Shown here piece after piece: positions 53,400-64,000 of a stretch of DNA of 64,000 nt (position 1 is its first letter; each line of letters opens with the position of its first letter). Under the pieces are notes generated by a model. The model worked only from the letters and a program-made list of their open reading frames with translations. It searched no databases and was not told where the DNA came from. Origin of the DNA: Octopus sinensis (taxonomy: Eukaryota); assembly GCF_006345805.1 (NCBI RefSeq), contig NC_043001.1, forward strand, positions 108,562,001 to 108,626,000, given 5' to 3'. Position numbers and translations under genes: made by a program.

Positions 53400-54529
53400 T
53401 GTAAGAACCAACCAGAAAAGTTAAATTTAGTACTCCTTTCTTTCGTCGCTTATCTACGCTGTATCCGGTAATTGTGTGCAGACGAGCAGGCTTTAAGCCT
53501 GTTAGTATTGTATTTGCGTAGAACACTGGCGAAAAATTATACGACAGCTATTTCCAGAAGTAAATAACGATGAAGTTAGATATAAAAAGTACAATTGTTG
53601 TACTGTCTGCTTAAAATGGACATTGCATTAGAGTAGAAATAATTTCTCGATAAGGGAAGATTGTCATTCGGCTTCGGTTTTTATCTATAGTCATTGCAGT
53701 TCTCTTCGGTAACTTATGCTATGGCTGTAGGAGAATAATCTTCATATAATTCACATTTTTTCTTCCCGCGCAAATCCATAAGCTTCGTCCGTGACGTCTA
53801 TTCAATATCGTCTGCTTTTATTCATTTTTTCATTTCATTTCCTCACAGATTTTAGAAACACTGTAACACTCCTGTACAGTCACAAAGATTCATATATATA
53901 TAAATATACACACACACACATACAAACAGGGACATACGCATTTAAAAGTATATGCACACATCCTCAAAGGGGCATATATATATCCATACAAGCCCGAATA
54001 CATTCACATATATAGTCGAGCATGTGTAGAGACCTACTGAATTCCCACATGTAGTTGCTAGCAGAAAAAAAGGACAGTAATTAACTTGATCGATTTACCA
54101 CTTGCTTCAGTTCAAATAAAACTTGAAAATGTATACGAAACATTAAATACTACTCACAGTTACAGGTCCATTTCCCACTTCGTATATATTTAATACGAAC
54201 CATTCTCTCATAACTCGACTGGCCTTCATTAAATTCAGAAGTCAGAACCAAAACAAGTATTTCTTTACGTGAGAAGGATGGAATATGAGGAAAGCGTATC
54301 CACATTGCCTTCTTTTGTTGTCTTTTTTCTCTTTTTCTACCATCTCTTGTCCAGTTCCCCGCCATCTAATATTACTGGAATTAACTTGTCAGGCAACGAA
54401 ATCAATGAAAATACTGCGTTCGTATCCTCTAAAAATAGTTTCTTCTTTTTTATATATATATGTATATATAAATATATATATATTGCAAATCAATAAAAGT
54501 TATTGTTACACCACCACTACCATCACCAC

Positions 54530-54823
54530 CATCACCATTACCATCACGACCACCACCACAACCACCACCACCACCACCACCTCCACCACCATCACCGCCA
54601 CCATCACCATGACTTCCACCACCACCACCACCATGACCACCGTCACCACTACCACCACCATCACCACCACTACCACCATCACCACTACCACCATCACAAC
54701 GACGACCACCACCACCACCATCACCACATCACTACCACCGTCACCACTACCACCACCGTCACCACTACCACCACCATCACCACCACTACCACCATCACAA
54801 CGACCACCATGACCACCACCACC

Positions 54824-54855
<32 letters not shown>

Positions 54856-55030
54856 TATTGTCCCCGTTGCCGTCGTCGTCGCCATCATCCTCATCACGAC
54901 CATGATGAACACCACCATCATCACCAACAATAACCTCCACCACCACCACCACCACCACCAAAAACAACATCATTATCAGCAGCAGCAACAACAACAACAA
55001 CGACCGCATCAACCACTTCTACGACAACAT
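54530..55030. repeat. Compound (CAC)/(CAT)/(CAA) trinucleotide microsatellite
   Basis: Visible directly. Confidence 0.9.
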
Positions 55031-55381
55031 CGTTAATTATAGCATATCGAATTCCTAGAACGCATAGATTAATCAATCAGTTTTTTCCATTTTCCCTTCT
55101 CTCACACTCGAGAATTAATAAAATAACGCAAAACAATTGATTGAGATATGTGTCAATAGCCATATCTATTGATACGTTGAATGTCGAAGGCAAATTAAGG
55201 CAGATGTAACAAAACTTTGTTTCTATTTACCCTCTCTCTGTTTATCTCTCTCTCTCTCTCTGTCTCTCTCTCTCTCTCCCAATGCATGTATGTATGTATG
55301 TATGTATGTATGTATGTGTGTGTGTATGTATGTGTGTGTGTATGTATGTATGTATGTATGTATGTATGTATGTATGTATGT

Positions 55382-55900
55382 TATTCATTTTTATTTCAAG
55401 TTGTCTTGCTAATATAGAAAGAGTCGGTTTTTAACCTAGATCCATTAGAATTTCAACATCAACAGCGGGGTATTTTTTAATATGGCTGTGTATGTGTGCA
55501 GTATTTGTGTCAGTACGTGTTCAAATTTGCACGTTTTGTTTTATGCATGTATCTTCATGCATAGACTTGCATGTCTGGACATGCTCATATATATATTTAA
55601 ATGCTAAACTTCTGCAAAGTTTTACAGGTTTTTACAGTTCCTTTGATGTCTTGAATCTGTAATCTTCGAATTAGCTTTCTCATTTCCGGTTTTGAGAAGC
55701 CTGATTTCTCAAGATTGGTATTTAGGTAGTGTGCTAGATATCCCAGTACCCCAATAATTACAGGTATAAACCTGAACATATAATTTGAATAGAGTAACTG
55801 CAAATTTCCCAATAGTCCAGCGGAGGTGTTTTCTCTTTCACTGATCTTAAGCTTTATGTTGACACCCGCTGAGCAGCCGATTTCTGCTGTTGTTCAGTTT
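55382..55900 (-). mobile_element. RLE-type LINE 3' end (TACA-associated family X)
   Basis: AEIGCSAGVNIKLKIS..LLGNLQLLYSNYMFRFIPVIIGVLG..LQIQDIKGTVKTCKTLQKFSI* plus 3' UTR ending in (CATA)n. Confidence 0.8.
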
Positions 55901-56149
55901 CTCTTACCTATCTCAAACCACTATAACACGTCTATTATTTTACATTTTATGTATGTATATAAAATATAAATGAGTAATAAATATGCATAAGTGTCAATTC
56001 ATTACGGCCGTTTCGATCGCCTCCTTTAATTGATCAATGAAAGCATTGCATCATTACAAAGAAAACCGTTCTCATCAGATGACCGCATAGACTTCAATGG
56101 ACTTGAAATCTATGGAGGGAGATTTCACAAAAAAAAAAAGACGAAGACA

Positions 56150-56272
56150 GGTGGTATTAGTACAACGCTCGGGAAGTGAAAAAGTCTTTAACGTTTCGAA
56201 CCTACACTCTTCCTCAGAAAGGAACACAGAAAGAAACAAGGAGAGAAAATAAAGAATGTGTAGTGGCTAGCG

Positions 56273-56275
<3 letters not shown>
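56150..56275 (-). mobile_element. Penelope pLTR-type repeat with minimal hammerhead (56186-56221)
   Basis: Minus strand CTTT-CTGAGGA-A-GAGT-GTAG-GTTC-GAAA-C-GTT-AAAG; core consensus intact. Confidence 0.65.
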
Positions 56276-56331
<56 letters not shown>

Positions 56332-56388
56332 TATATACATACATACATACATATATAATATATATATATATATATTATATTATATATA

Positions 56389-56428
<40 letters not shown>

Positions 56429-56752
56429 GTATGTTGCTTAATGTCGAGCGCGAATGAAAAGGGAATGCTCAATACAAGTTTTAGAGGATATTTCTTTTTA
56501 TTTATTAAAATTGTGGCGGAGAGTTTGTCTCGTAACTCTAGTTTCACATCACTGCAATCTTCAGGGGAAATATACATGTGTATGCATGTATGTGTGTGGG
56601 TGTCAGTGTGCATGTGTGTGTGAGAGAGAGTGTATGTGAGTATGAGAGAGTGAGTGCGTGTGTGTGTATGTATACTCAATACAGATTTACAAGACTTCAG
56701 TTTCAGAGATAGTTAAGCCACATTAATGCAAAGAACGGCGCTGTTGCTCCAA

Positions 56753-56784
<32 letters not shown>

Positions 56785-57769
56785 TTTTTACATATATATA
56801 TATTTATATAATTTTCCCATTTTCCAATAATCTTTTGTATCATCTGCATTGATAACAGCACCAGCTACGAGTGTTGTTGTCAGTTTTAGAATTATAGATA
56901 TGTATAATGTTATGCATTGGTTTGCTTTGTCAGGACATGTCTGCTATAGAAAGTGGGACATCCTCTTTGAACCTGAGCTGACTCTTCCACATTACTCAGA
57001 CTTTGGCGCCGGAGACGGAATCGATATTGTTAGGAAAATATAACCTAAAACCAATAAATAAACAGCGGCGCACTCAGACAAGAAACTGAAGATACCTCCA
57101 ACCACAAAGGTAAAATACTGTCTGATCGCGCAAACTTCCTGAAATAGCAGTCAAATTCCTTTTATTACACACTAACTTCTTGAAAGAAGGAAAATGTAGT
57201 ATTACAATCGATGGACATTGCTTGACTCTTACAAGGGAATGTTTGGGTTTATTCCTTCGATTTGAAGAGCAACGAACGAAAAGAGTAGATAGAAATTGTT
57301 TAATGGGTGCTTAGTCACTAAATATGACTTTAAGCCGGTCCACATTTAAACCAATTTTTACGATCCCGGCAAAATTTCGGACGATTTTTGGATGTTTTTC
57401 AATAATATGATTGGTTTCCTTTGCAGGACGTTTCGATACGTTTTGTTTGTCCCCAAACCATATCTTATTGTCTTAACACTGCATTTTACTACTGCCGGCA
57501 TCTGTACTACTTACTTGCAATTGTGGTGTTACTCATCTGGGATAAGTTGAACCGGCTCCGATCAAGGCGTGTTCAGAGTTTCAGAGAGAACACACGTTCA
57601 TGTATGATCCCCAGTCACATGCATACAGGCTTTGGGACAGGCTGTGGTCAGTAGCCGCTCATTTTACTGTCGATCGTGAATCGTCGCAAAGGATTCGCTG
57701 ACCAAATCAGCGCCGATTATCGGAACAGATCTAGCCTACGTTTGATGGCAGGTGCGCTTATGTGGCACT

Positions 57770-57989
57770 GTTAGATGCCACAAAAAACGAGGGGGACGTA
57801 ACACAAAGGAAGTAATTCATACAAATCTGTTTGAAGGTTTATGGCATGTCGTCTCGCTAGAAGGTTCAAACTTAGTGCGCATGCAGAGCAGAGTTGAGTT
57901 CAAGGTCGATCTGTGCCGAGTGGCTTTACTCTGCGTGCTTTAGTTTCGTTACTATAGCAACAGTATGGATACTTATTGATCAGACCACG
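57770..57989 (-). mobile_element. Mariner 5' end remnant
   Basis: Minus strand TA-cgtggtctgatcaataagtatcc resembles mariner TIRs; no partner TIR or ORF found. Confidence 0.5.
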
Positions 57990-58147
57990 TATGTATGTAC
58001 ATATATGAACGTATGTATGTATGTATGTATGTATGTATGTATGTATGTATGTATGTATGTATGTATGTATGTATGTATGTATGTATGTATGTATGTGTGT
58101 GTGCGTGTGTATGTATGTATGTATGTATGTATGTATGCATGTATGTA

Positions 58148-58178
<31 letters not shown>

Positions 58179-58239
58179 GGTATGCATGCATGTATGTATA
58201 TAGATATGTATGTGTGTAGGTATATGTTTGCATATATGC

Positions 58240-58317
<78 letters not shown>

Positions 58318-58552
58318 GTCTATCTGTATGTGTGTATGCATTTAATGTATTTACGTGTGCTAGTTTCAATATATGTACATATATGCATGTATGTATGTAT
58401 GTATGTATGTATATATGTATGTATATCTGTATGTATGTATGTGTGTGTATGTATGTATGTAATTTTTGTATGTATGTATGTGTATGTGTGTGTATGTATG
58501 TATGTATGTATGTATGTGTATGTGTATGTATGTATGTGTATGTGTGTGTATG

Positions 58553-58586
<34 letters not shown>

Positions 58587-58674
58587 TTATGTATGTATGT
58601 ATGTATGTATGCATGTATGTATATATGTGTGTGTGTGTCTGTCTGTCTGTCTATCTGTATGTGTGTATGCAAGC

Positions 58675-58720
<46 letters not shown>

Positions 58721-58750
58721 ATGTGTGTGTGTGTGTGTGTGTGTGCTTGT
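57990..58750. repeat. (TATG)/(TA)/(TG)n compound microsatellite
   Basis: Visible directly. Confidence 0.9.
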
Positions 58751-59235
58751 GTCTAATCTGTATGTGTGTATTTACGTGTGTTTGCTTCAATCTGTCTGGC
58801 TATTACTTTCGATTTTTCAGCCATTGATCTGGATGTGAAAAACGGCAAATGTAGATTTGGAAGTAAAACAGCTGAAATTAAAACAGGTTTCCTCAATGTC
58901 CTGCTTATATAGTTTCTATTTATATCTTAATATTTTGCTGCCAGACACGCACAATGCCGCTACTTCCCAAGTTCAATTTTTATGCTGGAAGTAAAGCTCT
59001 TTAAACACTCATTAATTGAGTTCAACTCCAGAATAAATCATTCATAAGTGCAACTCATAAAAATAATGAAACGCTTGTCTCAGAGTTATTACGGTTTTTG
59101 AAGTGTCTACGTATATTTTTACATTATGTGTTTGTTCCCAAGGACTGATTTAAGTTTTAGACATCGTGGCTTCGTTTTAGTGGATAAAACAGCTGCAGTG
59201 TATAAACCTGGGTTTGTAAGAGATAGTTTGTATGT

Positions 59236-59438
59236 TCTTTTATTTGTTTCAGTCATTTGACTGCAGCCATGCTGGGGCACCGCTTTTAGTCGAGCAAATC
59301 TACCCCACGACTTATTCTTTGTAAGCCTAGAACTTATTCTATCGGTCTCTCTTGCCGAACTGCTAAGTGGCAGGGACGTAAACACACCAGCATCGGTTGT
59401 CAAGCGATGTTGGCGGGACAAACACAGACAGACAGACA

Positions 59439-59519
<81 letters not shown>

Positions 59520-59680
59520 GACGTGCTTCTTTCAGTTTCCGTCTACCAAATCCACTCACAAGGCTTTGGTCGGCTCGAGGTTATAGTAGAAGACACTTGG
59601 CCAAGGTGCCACGCAGTGGGACTGAACCCGGAACCATGTGGCTGGTAGGCAAGCTACTTACTACACAGCCACTCCTGCGC
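59236..59680 (-). mobile_element. SINE family A, full copy
   Basis: Head, microsatellite and tail. Confidence 0.85.
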
Positions 59681-60019
59681 GTATGCATATACATGCATAA
59701 TATATGTGCGCGCGTGTGTGTCTGTGTGTGTGTGTGTGGGTGTCTGTGTGCGTGCAAAAACGTGGGGAAGACTAGGTACAAAAATAATCCAGAGTGTATT
59801 AGATTTGCGCTCAGCAAAAATAGGAAGAGACTTTTACATTTCGAGCATACGCTCTTCCTCATCCGCTAAGTGTTAACTATCGTAAAAAGACACGATACCA
59901 TGGTAAAGGTTTAAAATGTTTTATTTTGGTTGAGTCAGTCTTGACTCATAACTTGCCTGAATATTCTGTGCAACCACAGGTGAAACTTCGAGTTGCAAGA
60001 GACTGTGTGTGCGCGCGTG

Positions 60020-60058
<39 letters not shown>

Positions 60059-60222
60059 GCTCGTAATTTTCATAAGGATAAATATGTATATCCGAAATTA
60101 GTCTCTGCTATTTCCTCTATCAAGTCCTCTTTAATAATAATATTTTTTTATTTTTATGTTTTATTTATTCTTGCACTGAAGAGAACAGTGATATATAATT
60201 AATTTAATTTAATCAAATTATG

Positions 60223-60278
<56 letters not shown>

Positions 60279-60279
60279 T

Positions 60280-60485
60280 GTGTGTTTGTGTGTCTGTGTT
60301 TGTCCCCCTAGCATTGCTTGACAACCGATGCTGGTGTGTTTATGTCCCCGTCACTTAGCGGTTCGGCAAAAAAGAGACCGATAGAATAAGTTCTGGGCTT
60401 ACAAAAGAATAAGTCCCGGGGTCGAGTTGCTCGACTAAAGGCGGTGCTCCAGCATGGCCGCAGTCAAATGACTGAAACAAGTAAG
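60280..60485 (+). mobile_element. SINE family A, 3' half
   Basis: Family tail ending in (GAAA)n. Confidence 0.85.
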
Positions 60486-60890
60486 AAAGAAAGAAAGAAA
60501 GAAAGAAATTAATTTAATTATTCTGCCATGAATTTGCATGTTTTAATATCGCCACATCAGATAGTTTGAAAAGCATTACATTAGAGGATACTCTGAGCTG
60601 ACTATGATGTTTTGAATCTTTTTGTCTCGAGACAATTTTTATGCGCAACTCAATTGACTCCCGAGACAAAAGGATTCCAACAACAACACATATTTGTATA
60701 CATATATGCGTTTGTTGACCTTGTAAGGAATATCACTGTCAACAGGGTGTTTTTGTGTGTATGTATGTATGTATGTATGTATGTATGTATGTATGTATGT
60801 ATGTATGTATGTGTGTATGTATGTATGCCATTATTCAGTTGTCCTACTAAAGTTTCTTCTCTGATACCATTTCTTAAAATGGTACTAGGC

Positions 60891-60955
<65 letters not shown>

Positions 60956-60959
60956 TCAA

Positions 60960-62130
60960 AAGTTTAGTGGGAGGAATAAGAGAATCAGAAAGCTATACAT
61001 GAGGTGGTTAATTTGGTCATTGTTTTTGGATTGTTGGTAGTTGACTACTCTTTCATAGTAGGTAGTATCTTGTAAAAGGTGAGATACAGAGTTTTTATAT
61101 TGTTCAGTATCCATAATAACGACAGTACTACCCTTATCTGCTTCTTTGATTGTGATGTCATGATTGTTTTGTAACTTATAGATGATTTTCCCATTCCTTT
61201 TTACTGGTGTTGGGTTTGGGTTTAGGTTGTGGAAGTTCACTATAAGGGAAGTTTGAAATGTAGTCACAAAATTTGTCTAAAGTTTTGTTTCTGCCTTTTA
61301 TGGGATTAAAGCTACTTTTGTTACGAACCATTGATTCGTCGTTATTGATTTCTTTGTCAAAAAACTCCTGTGAGGCGTAATTTTCTGCAAAAGTGTGAGA
61401 TATCATCCTGTATTTCCCTCAGGTTAGGGTATTGTGGAGTTGGAGTGAATTTTAGTCTTTTTGAAAGGATTTTGATTAGTTGTGTCGACAGGTTTAGGTT
61501 TGAGAGATTCACTATTTTTGGATTTTGCGGGTTGGTATCTACCATCTGGTGTCGTGGAATCTGTTGCCCTGGCCTAAAAATGATTCTGGGGGTTCTTCTG
61601 TCTGCGGTATTCTGGTGTGTGTTAGTCTTTCCTCCGTTGATATGTTGTCTACTAAAGGGGTTTTGGTTATTCCGAGGTCTGGGTCGTTGGTGTGGCCTAC
61701 TTGAAGAGTTTTGGTTATTCCGGGGTTTAGATTGTTCGTACTGGGTGTAATTTTGGTTCCTTAGAGTGGGTTAGAACCTACAATCGTGGTTTAGAGGTGA
61801 ATTCTTATATGTTGGATGGGAACTCCGAGTTTGGAACGGTTTGGGTTGGGATCTGCAATCATAGTTCAGAGGTGAATTCCTATGTGATGGGTGGAATCTC
61901 CGATTCTGGAACGGTTCTTGTGTGGGCGGGGATCTACATTGTCTGGTAAAGTTTTGTCTTGTGTTGGTGGGTGTCTGGGTTCTTTTGATGGGGTTGTAGT
62001 GCTGTCTGTAAGTTCTGTTATTGTTGTTGTCAAAGTTAGGGTGGTGCGTGGTTGCTTGTACGGTGTTCGTTTTTGAACTCCGTTTATATATAATGTATAT
62101 TTATGTATGTACAGTTGCAGAGGAAGTGTG
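60960..62130 (-). mobile_element. Penelope-like element, 5' portion (pre-RT region), frameshifted
   Basis: IVNLSNLNLS..LSKRLKFTPTP..DISHFCRKLRL / NKSSFNPIKGRNKTLDKF / ITIKEADKGSTVVIMD: conserved PLE N-terminal blocks. Confidence 0.85.
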
Positions 62131-62907
62131 TCAGTGACCAGGTCGCAGGTGGTGCGACAAAAGTTTTGGCACCATGTAATACATGATTAAGTGAATTTAA
62201 CGGCTTCTGTGCTTTTTTGTAATGGCAAATATTGAGTCTTCTTCGCTGAAATTATTACTTTACAATCCCACTAAACCTGAGCTTGCGTATGTGTGTGTGT
62301 TTGTTTGCGTGTGTGTATGTACGTGTGTATGTATGTGTACGAGTGTATATGTACGTGTGTATGTGTGTGCGCGTGTGTGTGTACGTGTTTATGCATTTAT
62401 GCGTGTGTGACCGTGTACGTGTGTATGTGTGAGTGTGTACGTGCGTATGTGTGTGTGTGAGAGAGTACTTGCGTACGTGTGTTCACACTAAAGAAATATA
62501 TATATATATATTTATTTGAACACCCGTAATTTATCGATCCGAAAGTTCGTTCGGTGTAGTAGTACGCGTGACGGTTTGACATTTAGGCTATGACTGGCAC
62601 AGACATTGAAGCCTAGCTGCTGTGAGATTGCCATCAACAAAAGCCGTTGAGAGGACATTTGGTTCGTCTTTTTGGGTGTTAATTACGAAACCGTTACTTT
62701 AGGAAATATCAAATCCCTGTAAATAAGTAGCAAAATGTTCTGGAAACGTTGCGTAATACGTGTGTCATTAAAAGGAATGAATATCGATCTCTCCCCATCT
62801 CCCTCTAAGTGTGTTTGCGCGTGTGAATGTAAATACACACACACACAAATACACACAATGAACTAAAAAAAAAAGATTGCACACACGTAAACAGCGACAT
62901 AGTCATA

Positions 62908-63500
62908 AAGGCGGCGAGCTGGCAGAGTCGTTAGCACGCCGGGCGAAATGCTTAGAGGTATTTCGTCTGCCGATACGTTCTGAGTTCAAATTCCGCCGAG
63001 GTCGACTTTGCCTTTCATCCTTTCGGGGGTCGATAAATTAAGTACCAGTTACGCACTGGGGTCGATGTAATCGACTTAATCCGTTTGTCTTCCCTTGTTT
63101 GTCCTCTCTGTATTTAGCCCCTTGTGGGTAGTAAAGAAATAGGTATTTCGTCTGCCGCTACGTTCTGAGTTCAAATTCCGCCGAGATCGACTTTGCCTTT
63201 CATCCTTTCGGGGTCGGTAAATTAAGTACCAGTGACGCACTGGGGTCGATGTAATCGACTTAATCCGTCTGTCTGTCCTTGTTTGTCCCCTCTATGTTTA
63301 GCCCCTTGTAGGTAGTAAAGAAATAAGAATCGTTAGCACGTCAGACAAAACACTTATCGGCTTTAGGCACTAAATTCAAACTCTACTCATGTCGAATTTA
63401 CTTTTCATTCTTTCGACGACTATAAAATAAGCACCAGCTTGAACCCTAGAATCGATGTAATCGACGAGTCAGCGCCCCACCCAAAATTTCAGACCTTGTA
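62908..63500 (+). mobile_element. SINE family B trimer
   Basis: Full head, short junction (63125-63150), long junction (63310-63340), diverged last unit with tail type 2. Confidence 0.85.
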
Positions 63501-64000
63501 CCAATAAAAGAAAGGGTCACCGTGCGCCAATATTTATGGCCGAGATCATCGTTTTCTTGATATCCATTTACACTGGTACAAGATAGCGTGTGGTGCATTA
63601 TCCTTGCCTGTCTCCTCGTTTAGTTCTCTACCCCAAAGATGAGGTACGCAATTCTACCATCGTCCACGGCCTCTCCGAATTTATGAGCTGTAGATGGTCT
63701 CCCTGACCAGTGGAACGGCTTTCTTCATGAAGAAGCGAAAGTGCACACGCCCTAACCTAGTTCAGTATTTTACGCAACAAAGTATGGCAGTCATGCATCA
63801 ATACAACAATAAAGCGATATAGATGCTAACCATTTTCTATGGAGCATTCGGGAATTAATTCTTTTTAGTCCTTTACTAAGTGAAATTCACAATCGAAATT
63901 AGCCAACTTCATCTATTTTTACTTTTTATTCTTCCGAACAGATCTATAAAGTGCTGCTGAAAAACTGCACACTTCTCTATGAATTTGGAAGGAATGCGTC

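Noticed and set aside
63500-63760. Possible RTE LINE C-terminal remnant on the minus strand (DDGRI..)
   Set aside because: Similarity is limited to a few residues; cannot be supported without a search.

Overview
Repeat-rich, AT-rich animal genomic DNA, almost certainly from a coleoid cephalopod (Octopus-type; inferred from the SINE families and the arrestin sequence). One host gene is present: a cephalopod visual-type arrestin on the minus strand. It is split into small exons that the ORF track mostly misses: 12986-12956, 9636-9576, 9450-9209, 3456-3397 and 2132-2065, with a candidate ATG exon at 53399-53362 about 40 kb upstream. Its 3' exons run off the left edge. The rest is intronic or intergenic: tRNA-derived SINEs (including TSD-flanked multimers), a near-full-length R4/Dong-type RLE LINE in a (TAA)n hub, several RLE-LINE 3' ends attached to (TACA)n tracts, an L1/Tx1-like 3' end, two Penelope fragments, Penelope-type hammerhead ribozyme motifs, Tc1 (DD34E), maT (DD37D) and mariner remnants, a Helitron PIF1-helicase fragment with an 87-bp array, a hAT MITE, palindromes and large microsatellites. 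No CRISPR, rRNA or bona fide tRNA genes were seen. All calls were made by eye, and repeat boundaries are approximate.
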